Shown here: one piece after another, positions 1-14,347 of the stretch
Layout of the letters: every line of letters starts with the position of its first letter
How positions within the stretch are numbered: position 1 is the first letter of the stretch
The notes under the pieces: generated by a model
Database searches by the model: none
What the model was told of the DNA's origin: nothing
What the model saw: the letters and a program-made list of their open reading frames with translations, nothing else
Program-made: the position numbers and the translations under genes
Source: Phoronis australis
Taxonomy: Eukaryota; Animalia; Phoronida
NCBI GenBank assembly: GCA_002633005.1
Contig: NMRA01000292.1
Location: 143,950-207,949 of the forward strand
Length of the DNA: 64,000 nucleotides
Direction: 5' to 3'

Positions 1-77
1 GGCTTTTGGAAACAATATATTATACCTAAGAAGGCATTACCTGTTTAATCGTCTCACTGAGCATGCTCCTGTTGTAG

Positions 78-3000
78 AATATTGCTATAATCTCTGAGGC
101 GGCTAGCTCAGGCATCTCCCTGCAAGCTGACCGCCGGGCTGTCAACCAACGGCGGAGAGTGCACCTTACACTGGAACTGCCATGGAGTGCTGACCGGGCC
201 ATTCAGCAATTTGGTGAGTGTGGCGAGGCAATGAATGTTGGGTGATTGTGGTTAGAATAGTTGCATTTTAAAATGGTGATATCAACCCTAGTCCTGCTAA
301 CCCCGGGCTTCTCCGGTTTCAACATTCCAGTCTGTCTGGCTAACCCCGAAGGTCTCCGGTTGCCTAGCACTGATCTAAGTAGGTCAAACTCAATTAAAAA
401 ATAACGGCCAATCAGAAAATTTAAAAGGGTCTAGTTAGGCTGGGTTGCTTCAGACAAGTCATAAGGTCCTAAGTATTCATGAAAGACTGTTTGTGATTGG
501 CTAATTGAGCAAGATTGGTCTAGGATTCCATATTGAGCATGGGATTTTCCAGTCTTCCTGCACACCGGTAACTTATCTTGACTTACCTGTTGTTCTGAGG
601 CCTGTTGTTTGAAATGGACAGTTGATACTGATTTCAGAACACTTCTACCCTTGTTTTAATTGACATATGTTCATATTTTTTGGTTATTTGTGTTTATTTG
701 CATGAGATGAGAATATTGAAAACTGCTGTATTTTACACCATTACCGGTGTTCCATTGGTCATCAGCAGCATATATCATAATTGTCCACCTAATTAATATG
801 ATAAAGATGAATCTGATTTTATGAGCTTCACAATGATGTGTAATACATGGTATATAAATCAAACTGGTTTGTTAAATCTTTGATTAAAACAATCGAGTGT
901 GTTAATATTGAGCTTGACCTAAAAATGGTCAGGACACAGTTTACAGTGTATAGCACTACAAGGGTTAATAAGATAATAATTATGTTTACTTAGTGATCGT
1001 ATTGCTTTGATTCATTACTTTCACCAATAAAATACTGTACCAACACCAACTGTTCTACTAATACTTTTTTCTTAAACATCAATTCCTGTGCCCTGTTTTT
1101 AATACTTACTATGTGGAGGATGGGATAACTTTGTTGCTTCAAGTTTAAAAGAATACCGGTTAATGACCTTTTTGGACTTGTGTTTACAAGACTGGTCTAT
1201 GAGTAGACAGTAATACGTATCACGTCTTCACTTCAGGGCGAACTCATCGTTCTAATCAAGTCAATGCTCCCGAGTACGTGTTCCTGATTTCTGAACTGGC
1301 GGGTGAGAGGAGATTTGCGTCCACAGTAGCAAAGAGATTAGAAAGTCTAGTGAGTATCTTAGGCATACATATAGGAGATGGTTGTCAAGCTCGACTTTGA
1401 GCTAATTGCAATAGAATTGTCTGCTACACTGCCTGCTGGTCACTCTAAGTTTACTTGCAAGTATCTTGTGTCTAAGAAACGCAGCCCAGATTTTCATTGT
1501 CATTCAACACATCCCATGATGCCCTTGTACGTTCTTTTGTGTTCTCACAGTGCTAGAGAGTTATATGTAGAGCGTTTCCAGTTGTCAAGTTTTATTCCAG
1601 GGTGCTTTAACTCATGGGGATCGACGCGCTACAGAGTCTCGTGATCTCAGCCGATTTAACTTTGATAATAAGGTGAGCAGTTTCATCTATAGTATACACA
1701 TGCATTGACTAGGTTGTGTTTATACTCTATTGATGGTATTAAGGTTGTAAGTCTGAAAATGAGGAAATTTGACCAACTTTGGAGCATCATATCTCATCGG
1801 TTGTTGCGATTCAAATAAAACTTTCCAGTTAGTATGATTTATGCACCGTTTTCAAAAGCATTTTTAGGAATTGCTTCTCAAGTTTTGTTCGTAACCTTCT
1901 GCCAGAATTGGAACTTAATGGTTTCGATGAGTAAATTTTACTGTGCATGAAACAGAAATTTAGGATAATGAGACAACCTTTTTGAACCTTCACGTTGAAT
2001 AAATTAAATCAAAGGAAATTCGTCACTTTCACTTGGAATTCGTGCAATGGAGTATTTAGTCAATCTTGATCTCAAGTTATGTAGACTAGTGTAAGTCTTG
2101 CCACATAGCTCACGTTTTTGTTGCACAATTCACAAAACTATAGAATTTTAATTTTTTTACATGTTTAGTACGGTCGTGTTGCACTAGAGGGCGTCATGAA
2201 ATCAGTCGTAGATCTGGAAACTTCCATTGTTCCTCCTCCTAAGAAATACTCCGGCGACTTCGTTCAAGGTGAGGATTATCTTTACACACTTTCACAGTGC
2301 TATGAAAGTTAGAACTGTGGAATGTTGTTTATCATTAGCTTCTCATTGGTTAAAGTAATGAAACCGACGTCATAACATTCAGTCATTCCCATTGGATGAA
2401 ATCTGGTAAACCCCAGATGGTGATCACCTTTGACTTGAGTAGTTACAATTTATTAAAACGGGTAGAGATCAAAGTAAACAAAATCAAGGGGTCCCCAATC
2501 CCATGGTTAAGCCCAAACACGTTCAGTGCATAGAAGGCATGTGCAATGGTGGCGATGTGATCGATTAACTTCCGACCAAGCCATGCGCGTTTATGCCCAC
2601 AAACGGAATTCCATGTGTCTTTCATCATGTTTCCATAGGGCCACTTTTCAGTATAGGTGGCGCTGTGTCAGAGGGTAGATTGTCTTCTGTAGTCTTGTAA
2701 GAGTGTATACAGTTATTATTGATTTCTAACAAATGAATAATGGTTACAACGTACAACGCTCACGTGAGGAAGCATAAGACATTCAAGGTACAATAATCTC
2801 CACGGCCTTTTTGGGCAAAATAATATATTTTCTAGAACAGTTATAAACAACAATCCTGAAAGTTTTTCGATATAAGACGATGCTGTATAAGGCCAATCAT
2901 TACGTTTCTTGTTTTCTGCCAATCAGCCGTGACCACAGTGATATTCATAAGTGCGGTTAGAATCTGGAATGAGTATAGTGCTAGTCCCGGTCAAAATTGG

Positions 3001-6000
3001 TTGGCTAAAACCATTCCATGAAAATATTGAATAAGTAATACAGCAAAAGAAAACCATGATGAATGTGCGTTATTGGTGAAATAATGAATTTCCCCGAGAA
3101 CACTAAAAAATGCCATACAAGGGCCATAATTGCATATGAGGTCATGTGTTCTGTTTTCATTTTTGGTTGGACCATTTACCACTTTATTATTACTTGTGCA
3201 ATGTATTTACTGGACAGGTTTGAATTTATTGCTGATCATGATACCGGTTTGTTCTGACCAATGGATAATGGCCATTCTAGCAAAACTGGAAGTGTACGTT
3301 CAATACTCCTATTATTGTTTGAACTCTGCAAACACTGCTAAGATGAGAGGGAGACTTTTAGAAAGCAATGGAGGCTGATCATGTGGGTTAGGTGGCATGT
3401 TTGTCACCACCTGGCTGTACCAGGAAGTACATTTTGGTAGCTGCTGCCATAGAGGAACGCTTTTACTTCAAGAAAAGACTTTTTTTACTGTGTATGAATT
3501 TAGAAGTGTGGAGTTTTAAAAACTAAAGTTAAAGGCCGCTAGTATCTGGTCCCATGCATTCAGCCACCCTGTTGCTTCTTGAAAGTCTCCCATGCATTCA
3601 GCCACCCTGTTGCTTCTTGAAAGTCTCCCATTATAATGGGGGTATCCTCGTTGCAGGCCGTGCTTCTAAATACAGTGTTCTGATTTTGTTAAGAAGTAAC
3701 TGACAACCTTCCGGTCATTTGTTTTTCAAAATTCGATATTGACATATTGTGTAGCATTATGTCTGTATTTTTGATTTCTACTACTAACATTTCTTTAAAT
3801 GTATTTTTATGCACCTGATATGCAAGTTGTTTGGTACTACTGATTGATAATTGCGTGTTAAATCTTTATCTGTCATTTTCAGTCCCTTTAATTTTTGATG
3901 CTTTCAGAACTTTTAAATGCAAATTTCTTTTTTAATAGTCATTGGGTCGATTCTCCTGAAAATTTTCTCACTTATTTTACCAATTTAGTGGTCTGTGGTA
4001 GAAGTAACTTTAGATTTTTGATTTTCCTTCGAACAACAGAGATATCAAAAATTAAAACTTACGACCAGGTTTTAAAAAGAGACTCTGGATTGTTTGAGGG
4101 TAAATCAAAATTCTGAGACACGGTGCCCTGCAAATTGACAGCAAGAATATATAGTTCAAACATGAAGTCACCTGCATTTAAAGTGTTCAGTAAATTCATA
4201 AAAATTTGAAGAATATTCATGGTTCATAAATACAGCATTGATATACCCTTTGATCAGAAGGTAATATATGGTTACTTGTCAAGACGGTTAATCAGCCTTC
4301 TTGTCATCCAAACAGCAGATCTTACTGTGAGAAGCCCACGTCATTGACACGATTTTTGATTAGGCTTCGTTCACCCATATGACTGGGCAGAGTATTACCA
4401 TTTTGGACATTAATGAACTTTGCTATTTAATACTAATGCAACAGATACCGGTAGTACGCCTTTGTGAACTTGTTTTGTCTGATCTGCTTCTAATCAGGCA
4501 TTCTATTTGGCTTGTTATAGAACAACACATCTGAATGTGGTATAAGTAACCAAACATTATTTATGTATACACAACTTGTCAATCAAGTTCCAGGTACAAA
4601 AACCCATTCTCACTAAGCTATGTTCAGTTGTAACCAAGACTGTGATACCTTAGGTTTCCTGGCACAGGATTCCTTTTAAGTATTTTTTGACAGTGGTTGT
4701 TGAGCATTAAAAATGGTCTATGTAGTATTGGCTTTGTAGCTTCATACCCAGTTCTGTCTTAGCTGTGATTGAACTATAGCCTTTGGTAAAACAAGGTATA
4801 GGTTTTGAAAACCGTTCGATTTCAAGTCTTTTGCAAAGTAGGCTCCAGAAATTGTCCTCAGCATTTTAAGCACACAAGGGATTCAGAACTCTTTTGTTCA
4901 ATAATTGACCGAGGACTGTTGTGTAAAACTAATCTTCTGTTTGAAAGTTGACAGATGACCCAATTCCGTTACATCATTACTTACTGGAGAGCAAGTATTA
5001 AGTCTGTAATATTTTAGCCATTGCTTGTTTTCCGGTATTAATTAATTTTGTGCATTTTAAAATCTTTTGAAAATTGATTCATTTTTGGACTTTGCTTTTT
5101 ATTTTTAAGTGAAGTTACCGTAAAACCTGCAAGTACAAAAGGCACTCAGAAATCGAGAGTGAGGTGTTTTCGTATATAAGTGACTCATAAGGATACCGCA
5201 GTTTGAAAATACTACCCATGTCGATTTGGAGGTTGTAAATTTTATTAGATAGTATTACTAAATTGATTGAAAAAGGGTAATAGTTACTTTGAGAGGTCCT
5301 GCTTTTTGAGAACCAATTTTCTCCACTGAATAATTGGCATCAGACTGGTTCTTAAAATGCGGGACCTCTGCAGATGACTGTTGGTGGTACCCACTCCTAC
5401 AATCGTAGATCTGCTTGGGTAACTATCATTGGTCATTTTGCCCATGGAGTTATCTCCCCATTGTATGCTAAACTTTGTCATGTTGTATTCTTGAATACCA
5501 ATGTACAATAGGCTACTTATTAATTAGTGTTTAGGTTGACCAGTTTCCTTTTTGGAATTATGATTTTTGGACAAAACCTGTAAGTTGGAAGAAAGCATGA
5601 AGATGGCCTTGTTTCAAGCTTTGGCAATGTAAAATGAGAGAAAGTTCTTCTGTCAGATATATGAGAATCTGAAGCAAGATAATTCGAAAAGCTGCAATGC
5701 AATGGCAAGGAAAAATTGCCGGAGCTGTACAGTCAAGTGACCTAATTATCGGACGTTTTGGCACATTTTGCATTTTATTTAATTGAAAATACTACGAATT
5801 GTTGTAAATTCTTGGCTGAAATAAAGACACAGAATTATTCTGTTACTATATCTTGTCACCGAAAGCCACATTTATGTTGACTGATCTTTAAAAAACACAA
5901 ATAACAAACCTTCCGAGAACCTAAATATCGGACACCGAGTTTTCCCATACGCCACACCGCGGAAAACTGACTAACCAAGTAATGGTCGCGTGCACCTTGA

Positions 6001-9000
6001 AGCCAAATTTCAGCTCAAGTGTTTTGACATATATGCTGCTAGAACGAAGCTCCATTCACAGCAAAATTATCCATAAAATGAAATCTGATGATAGTGCCAA
6101 GACGTTTCGATCTAAAGCACGGGCAAACTCAATGCAGTTTTTAGTATCTCCGTCTTTGCCTACTTGATATGACACCAGGGTTTGACTTGAGTTAAAAAGC
6201 AAACAAAAAATGAAACAGTGATGTATTGTCACTTCAATGAGATGATTTCAGTGTGGAAAAAGATTTTGTTATCAACTTTTACGACCGATTTGAGGGTTTA
6301 AATTGCACTCTCTCTCGGTGAAATCAAAACAAGGCAACGCCAGGAAAAAACAAGACAGTGCTGCACATTGAATTTATTACAGCGGAACAAAGATTGGTGT
6401 CATTTATTTCTCAGATTACGCTTCAAGTACGATTTTATGTAATGTCCGATATTTAGTCCGTCCGATAATTAGGTACACTGTGTACAGTTTGTTGGGTGAC
6501 TGTTTGCAGCCTAAGATACTGTGAATAACATGAGCTCAGTAAAACCTAACAAAAAGTCATTAGAAACAGTCTTCTTCGAACAAACTAGTACTAAACCATT
6601 GCTGGTATTTAGTTATTTTGGTGCTAGATTTTTGGAGTGATCATTTGTGTTCACATATGGTGGACAATTGCTCTACATTTTGGTAGAACTAGAAGGTTTA
6701 TGTTGAGAGTGGAAAATTAATGTTATGTAGTACCTTATCGACAAGTCTGTCAAATATCTGACAAACTATAGATTTTATTTCCGTAAAAGTATATATTGGT
6801 ATTCCTGAAAACGATTACTCATTCAATGTCATAATTATTCTGTCAAACGACACTCGGACATGCAATCCCGTACGAGATTGCTTGTTGTCAAACCCAGAAG
6901 TCTGAGACTGAGTTGAAAAGTCCACCGGAACCTCACGACAGGAAGCATTCTCAATAAAAAGCCAGTTTTAACAATTACCAGCTAACTATAAGATGAAAAG
7001 TTGACATCTATTTCCGACCAGTAACAAAGTTAAAACAATCTGCCCGGATCGTCGAAATACTAAGTACTAAAAATCAGGAAGTTAACTGTTTTGTTATTAC
7101 CTCCCCTGTCACCCTGATTTGCCCCCTCTCTTGACAGAACGGATAACTATAGTCTGCAAATTGGCGCGTTTAAAAAATAACCTCTTTATTCATTATGAAA
7201 AAAGGGATCAAACTACGATTCGAGTGTTATAAAATGTTAAAATTTGAAATAAAATTGTTATTATGTTCTTATATTTAAATTGTAGCAAGTCTACTGACGT
7301 CTGTACGAGTTGTATAGCTTAATTTGAGAGTGTGTTGTCAGGTGAAGCAGAGTGGCGCAGTGGAAGCGTGCTGGGCCCATAACCCAGAGGTCCGAGGATC
7401 GAAACCTTGCTCTGCTAAAATTTTTTCTTTTTGTTTCGCGATTTCTGGAATGTTCTAATGCAACTGGAATATAAAACAGCAAGGATAGTTGCCATTCCAC
7501 TTACTCTTGAATTATTTTCAGATGCACGAAAAGCATTTGTTGGAGTTGGACTCATTACCATGGATCTACGCATGAACATTCCTTTGTTAGAAAAAGGTAA
7601 AGAGAATACCATTTGTACATAGATATTTTGTGGCAGTGCCCGCAGACAAGAGAGAACTGATCTGGATTGACAGGTCATTGATATTGTAATAGCTATATAA
7701 ATTTATTAGTTCAAAAATAATTTTGCCATCAAAATAAGCAGTATTTGTTATTGTTTGTTGTTGTGCTATGCTCAAATGTATTGTGGCGTCTGTGTTAGAC
7801 TATTAGGTTTATTCATTATTTTGTCTTTTAATTTTATTAATAATTTCATTTGAATTTTGACTAATCTAGAACTAAAATCTTACTTTAAAAAATTCATAGA
7901 CAAGGTTTTGTTAAGGCTGATCATTCATAAGACTGCATCAATACATTTTTTCTGATTGTATAATTTTTAAATTTTGATGACTATGGACGACTACTGTTAA
8001 CTCTTAGTGGGTGAATAATTGTTTTTCTCTTTTTGATGTGTTTATTCTGTTTTTACCCTGTCAGATTATAACAGCATGAGTAAATTCCTCAATCGGATCC
8101 TGGGCGTGGAGGTGGAACTTCAGAACTGCATCTTTCAGTTCTTCACCGACACATTGGAGGCTGTCATTCTTCAGGCTAAAAGAAACGGAAAATGGGACAT
8201 GGGGATTTTGGGTAAGTAGTATATGGTAGCGTATTTTATAGGCCTGTGTTTCGTTACGTCATCGTCGGATGTCGGTAAAAATTAAATTAAGCCGAGGCAA
8301 TTTTTTTATAAATTGTGTGAATATTACATTTGTTACAACACCGATGATTGTCAGCAAAATATAAAGGCAATTTTTCACAACAGGTGGCAGTCATTTTAAA
8401 TGACTGACAAGAGTAATGTGTAGTGTCTTCATGTGTCACCTTCACCATCAGTACCTTTTCCTGACCGACCGTACTAAATGTGCACTTTTCTTCCCCGTTT
8501 CCCTGTATGAAAATTTTGATGTTTTTGTTGGTCAATACTTATTTTCATTATGATCTTCATGTGTGCTTTAATTTTAAGTGCTTGTGTTAGTCTGTTCATT
8601 AATGTTGGAAAAGTTAAAGCAACTTTTGATCCATCACTGAGTTAATTAATGCTGTAATGCCTCGGTAGATCATCAACTAAATAAATTTGCTGTGCTTACA
8701 AACTACCAGAGGTCTTGTGGTCAGGGCTTGGAATTTTCCTCTGCTACGAGGATTTCCTCTTTTTTGGTTTTGATTTCCTTGTATATTAAATTCCAACTTC
8801 CTATTTTTTCTGTTTCTTTTTTATCATTATTTTGACTTTATTCATGCAAAAACATTCATTTCAGTTAAATTTTACCACAAAAAATATTTCTATCACTTAT
8901 TAAAGCCTATTTATTTGTGGAACGATACGTTACCTGGAAAAATTTCCCCCTTTTGTCATTGGTCATTATAAGTCCCGTGTGATATTCTGAGCTCAGCAGA

Positions 9001-12000
9001 ACCAATCAGCTCAACAGAACTAATCACAGCAATTATATTAACGAGTGCGAGAAACTGAGGAATGATTAACAGTCTCAAGTTAGTCTATTCTCCGGCTTTA
9101 TCAGCAACTTGACTTCCAAGTCAAAGTGAAATTCTTCTTTCAAAACTTGTTTATGTGTGATAGGTTTATCATGGTTTTCCCAATATTTTCGCTAAACGTG
9201 CTTTAGAATTTAGATGCCTCTTAGTTCTTCAGTTGAAGTGGAGCATATTTTATAGAACTTTGTAGATTAGTTTGGGTCCATAATGTTTAAGTCAATGTTT
9301 TGTTACAGATCTCGGCTCAGGTAGTGAAAACGTAAAAGTACTAGACTGTCGACAGTTTGTGGCAAAGTTCAGCGGTGGATCTGCCAGAACTGAACTACAA
9401 ACGGTAATGCATAATTAAAGTTAATTAATTCGTTATTCAGCTCATTTTTTACTTCCAACAGATAAAAATATTTTGCAAAAATGAGCACTATATGGGTTGA
9501 CGGGGTTTACTTCAATTTCTGGCATTCCCACAAAGCCTTTTTTGTGCGGAGATTTCGTTAAATGTTAGATTTTCTGTGTTAAAAACTTGCAGCTGAAATG
9601 TAATACCAAGTACTAATGGACAATCAACTTGGGTCTTCTATCAAAAATACAAACTTTTGTTTCAGATCACGTACCATGATTATAAAATCTATCAGTATCA
9701 CATTTTGTTCCTTATTCCGTTTAATAGTAATTTCTAGGTTTGAGGAGAACTGACAGTAATGCCAGTTGTTTTACTGCAACACATTTGAATGAAGCAAAGG
9801 ATAAGGAACCGGCAACACAGAGCAAATACTCTTGAGAAGAATGCCATTTTTGACATCAGAATATGGTTTATAGTGACTTTTCATTTCATATATTTATTTA
9901 TTATTTATTTAAGGTTCTTTGAAATACTGCCAGCTATTACTAGATGAATTGTTTTGTTTGTTTCAGATCAGTGTAGAGCGGGGAATGTCGTGGCAGGAAG
10001 CATTGGATTTGTGGCGAGAAAACTCGGGACCTGAGGACGGTTTCTACGTCTCCAGTCAAGTGAGAATGCTATTGACATGGAGTACAACATAAGTCAGACG
10101 AAGTTTAGCAATGTGGTTGTTCTAGTTTGTTTACTCGGCCCATCAGATAAATTGTATTTTGCCTTATTCGAAAAAAATTCTCTGCCCAATTAGATCCGAT
10201 TTTATATGCAAGTTCTGTTGTATTTTGTTTGTAATAAAAAATTGTCTCTGCTCAAAATTCCAACAGGGCATTATATTGAAGAACCGTTGGAAATCTCAGT
10301 TTAATAGAATCCTATTATGGGAATCAAATAAAATTGATTCAAACAAGATTTCTTTCCTTTTACAGTCTAAGCTTAGTAAGAGCACAGCTGTCCTGGCCAT
10401 CGCCCTGTCTGGTTCCAAAGCGAGGCGAGAGAAGTTGTACCACATCTACCGACCAAACACGGGCCGCCAGTTAAGGGCAGAGACACTAGTGAACATCAAG
10501 AAGAAATACAGAAAGGTACCTGGCTGAATAAAATAAATCGCTCGGTGTCGTGGGAGGTCATTCATGTGATAGCAGCGCTTTTAATCACTCCCCTGAAGTA
10601 ATTTTTTCATCATGAATCTCTTGTTGGCAGGCTTTTTTGAAGGATAGTCAGCGTTTTATATGTTTTTCACTGCAATTCATTTGCGAATGGAGATTTGTGA
10701 CCCCAAAAGACAACTGAGTTGGACTTTGTCTGTCTTGTATTTGTTTTTTCAAAATTGCAAACTTTGACATTACATGATTGAGAATGGCAAGTTGTACAGA
10801 ATATATTTGGATACCTTTTCAGTCATGAGCTTTCAAGTGTTGACTATGAACATTCTAAAACCATTGTTAGTTTATTTATTAAAACCTCAGTGTTTGCCAG
10901 AGGCTTTGAGTTTTTTGGTGCCCTTAAACAAAAGATGCAATTTTGATATGATGTAAGATATGAAGAAATAAAGACTACTTTTATTGAGTTTCATTTCCTT
11001 GAAATTCCTTTAATATTTCCACGATAAAAGAACCATCTTATTTTGCCTCATTTTCCAATATTGATTGGCGCTACATTCTCTGCTAGGGTAATGATTTCTG
11101 GATGGAAAGAAATTGAATTGAGCCTCAAAATTTTGGAAGGGGTCCCGGTGTGTTCATGGGGTCCCGGTGTGTCCATGGAGTACTGGCGTGTCCATGAGTT
11201 CCCAGTGTGTCCATGTGGCCCCAATGTATCCACGTGGCCCCTGTATGTCCATGTGGCCCCAGTGTGTCCATGTGGCCCCAGTGTGTCCATGTGGCCCCAG
11301 TGTGTCCATGTGGCCCCTGTATGTCCATGTGGCCCCTGTATGTCCATGTGGCCCCTGTATGTCCATGTGGTCCTGGTATGTCCATGTGGACCCAGTGTTT
11401 GCAGGTGCAAGGTGAAGACTGGGTCTTTAAAGTGATCAATTTTGAATTATTGTTGATTATTTATTTTAAATGTTAGGGAAATTGATTTAGAATGGGACTC
11501 TGGGGTCTGCTTCATGAAAGTGACTTGTGACTTAAGACAGAAAGGTGGTCTTATGCTCCCATGTCACAATTGATGAAAAAAATTGAGCACAGCATAGTCT
11601 AGAAATAATGTATAGAAACTATCTCAGTAATTAGCGGAGACTTTGCACTTTTGTTCAAGTGAGATTCAAGTGTTTTTGAGAAATAATTGTGTGGAGCATA
11701 AGACCACATTTGTGACTTGACATGAAATTCATGAAACAGACCCCTGATGTTTGTAGTTGACATTTGATGGTGTGATAGCATTTATTCTCATAAGGGAACA
11801 CTTGAGGTGCACTTTAATGCATTTGATGCATCACATTGGTCTTAAAATGTACAAAACAGTGGGTGAATGGATGGTATCTAGAGGGACTTTTGTCAATATT
11901 GTGAACCAACGATAATTTATCAGAAAAACTATATTAATTTGTTACTGAATGTTCAAAGGTTAGAGAAGTGGTGGATTAGTTATCACGCCCGCACATTGTC

Positions 12001-14347
12001 ACGATAATGACCTGTTATGTAAAAGGCGTCTCTTGTTGGAACAGAAGATCACCACGACAGTTCAAAAGCTCAATTCACATGAGGGTTGTTGTGCTCTAGC
12101 AACGAAACTGTGGGAAGAGAACTACTTCACACAAAGGTTTAAGAAGTGTTCTCATATCTGTTAAATAATACATGCCTGTGTTGGCCTGTGTAGTGAGTGA
12201 ATGCAATAGACACTAAGTTCACTGCTGTCTCCTTCCTAGATGGTAGCTGATCAAGCCCAGCCCTTGTGGACAAATCAGTATGAAGCCTCAAGTTATACTT
12301 GCAGTCATGCATTTTGGTAAGTTCATCAAGTTGAAGATTGAAGACAATACATGCACAAGGCTTTTATTGTACAAAGGCTACAAGTTGTGTTGAAAAGGTT
12401 CTCTCACTTTTATTGTACCAAGGGTACAAGCTGTATTGAAATGGTTCTCTCACTTTCAACAAAACCATAAATTTGTAGCAATCAATGTCTTTATATTAAG
12501 AGTTTGTTTGTTCATTCCGGATTTTAGACGTGTATCTTTCTATATATTATGGTAAAAAATTGAAAAGTAACAAATTTTAGTCTATATAGTGAATGGCAAC
12601 ATGCCATACTTTAAATTTAAGATCAAAGGTTCCGAAAGTAGGTAACAGTGCTTGCACTTAAGGCAGGCTGTATGTGGTCTTGTTTTCTCTCCAGTTAAAA
12701 AACTACCAACAGGTGTCGCTGAGATGGCTCCTCATATGGTAAAATATCACCAAGTTGGGACAAAGTAATTGCTAAAGATATCATTTTAGCTGTAGCACTG
12801 AGCTTGAATGTGGAATGCATTAATTTGGTGCTGCATATCTTTTAGGAAAAAAATTGAGGAAAAGAAAATTTCACTTTCCACTATGTTGTGTCCCATGCTG
12901 GTGAGATTTTACTGTTAATATTAAACTTTCAATGACACTAGTGTCGTGCGAGTTTGTTTAGATCACACAAGTTTGCCAATTATCTGGGTATCACTGTACA
13001 TTAATGCCACCTACAGTCAACACCTAGCTTGGATGGAGGTCTAATTCTAATACAGTGGAATTTAACAGCGTTTTTTATAAAGTTTCTTCTCTATGATCAT
13101 GCTGTCAAATCACCTTTGTGTTTGATGATATGTTTGAAGGATTTGTGTGAACAGTCGCTTAATGTTGGTGAATATTGAATGAAAGAAATTGGGGTTTGTA
13201 TTCATCAACACTGAGGTCGCTTTTGTGTCCTCACAATGCTATAGGACTACGTGATTGTTTATTGTTTCTTATTCAACAATTCAGCTTCGGCGATCAACCA
13301 CATCACTAGTGAGGTCTCCGGCTTATTCGCAAAGCTCGCCTTCTACTAATGTGACTTGAATGTGATTTCACTGGACTTGCAGGAAACTTGCCCTGTGTAA
13401 CAGGCCCCTAGTCACGTGATTGAACCATCTTTCATTCATCAGTGGTTGACCTTATTATCCCAAGGCCTATTTTTATCACCCTGACCTATACACCTGAAGT
13501 GGCCTTCCAGTGTTAACATGATGTCTTTATTTCCTACTTAGGAAAGGCAACTGCAAGCGCATTACTCTGGGTCTTTCATGTGAAATAGGGCTGCGCACAC
13601 GCACCTACCACGTCCTTAGTGGCAGTGTTCTCAGCGTGTGGAGCAAGGTGGAGAGCGTGCTCACCTCCATGCCAGGGGGACACAACTCCAAGATGCAGAT
13701 TGTACGGTTACGCACGGAGGATGGGAGGAGGATTGTGGGTAAGCGGCATGATATGCTGATTCGTTGCTTATTTATGTGTGTGTGCCAACATAAAAGTAAC
13801 AGTAGTTGAGAGCCTAGCAGTTGCAGGTGTATCTTGTTTCATTGAAGCATATCAACATCCTGTCATTGCCCACAGGTTTGTATATTAAGTAAAGGCTAAA
13901 TATCTGGATAAAATTTATTAGAAAATACATTTTTATAAGAGGTGTTTCTCTAGTCATTGAAGCTGTATCATCTATTTTACAGGCAGTTTAATTCCTAGCA
14001 ACTGTGTCGAGCCACTGTGCAATGTGTTACGACTAGACGAGTCATTCACTGAAGTCAAGGAACCCCCACGACCACCGCGCCCTCCATCCCACGTTGTTCA
14101 CAAGCCCCTACAGAGGGCACCTTACCAGCCGCCAACACCACTTTCCATGACGGAGAAAACAGAAGATGTGAAACTGGAGGTGAAGCCGGTTAAGTCACCA
14201 TCTCCTCCTCATCAACATCACATATTTGACGTGTCCAGTGACGAAGAGGATCACAAAGAGACTCCTCCCCCAGAAGCAACAGATTCCTCGACGACGGAGA
14301 CTAAACCAGAAGAGTCAAACTTCCTCAGCATGCCCCTACTTGTGTAG
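78..14347 (+). CDS. SBNO1: Strawberry notch homolog (SBNO1/2, sno), 3' part; gene starts upstream of window. Coding exons: 78-213, 1237-1349, 1601-1672, 2169-2268, 7522-7596, 8065-8211, 9309-9403, 9967-10059, 10366-10515, 12240-12316, 13542-13738, 13983-14347 (TAG)
   Basis: Phase-consistent AG/GT-bounded exons translate to hallmark Sno helicase-C sequence: [107 protein letters not shown], ...[11 protein letters not shown]..., [40 protein letters not shown]; the tail is Pro/acidic-rich. Confidence 0.95.
286..964. mobile_element. Possible degenerate piggyBac-like non-autonomous element
   Basis: Left end tcAACCCTAGTCCTGCTA (~282-299) and right end TAGCACTACAAGGGTTAA (951-967) form imperfect inverted ends with CCC termini and a TTAA-like target site. 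Confidence 0.35.
3548..3631. repeat. Direct tandem duplication (~38 bp unit)
   Basis: TCCCATGCATTCAGCCACCCTGTTGCTTCTTGAAAGTC occurs twice in tandem. Confidence 0.85.
5728..6484. mobile_element. Non-autonomous TIR element (Tc1/mariner-like MITE) in SBNO intron
   Basis: Inverted ends TACAG...GACCTAATTATCGGACG (5728-5755) and CGTCCGATAATTAGGTACACTGTGTA (6459-6484). A second inverted pair lies inside: CTAAATATCGGACA (5921) / TGTCCGATATTTAG (6443). Confidence 0.55.
7346..7417 (+). tRNA. tRNA-iMet: Initiator tRNA-Met (CAT)
   Basis: 72-nt AGCAGAGTGGCGCAGTGGAAGCGTGCTGGGCCCATAACCCAGAGGTCCGAGGATCGAAACCTTGCTCTGCTA. It has the A1:U72 pair, three G-C pairs in the anticodon stem, a CAT anticodon and an ATCGAAA T-loop, followed by a Pol III terminator TTTTTT at 7421-7426. 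Confidence 0.97.
11145..11400. repeat. Minisatellite, 19-bp unit (GTGTCCATGTGGCCCCAGT-like), in SBNO intron
   Basis: Directly visible tandem array; it explains the overlapping repetitive ORFs in many frames at 11043-11476. Confidence 0.92.

Noticed and set aside
11043-11476. Six overlapping repetitive ORFs (GPHGHTG / VHVAPVCPC repeats)
   Set aside because: By-product of an intronic minisatellite with few stop codons; SBNO exons splice cleanly around it.
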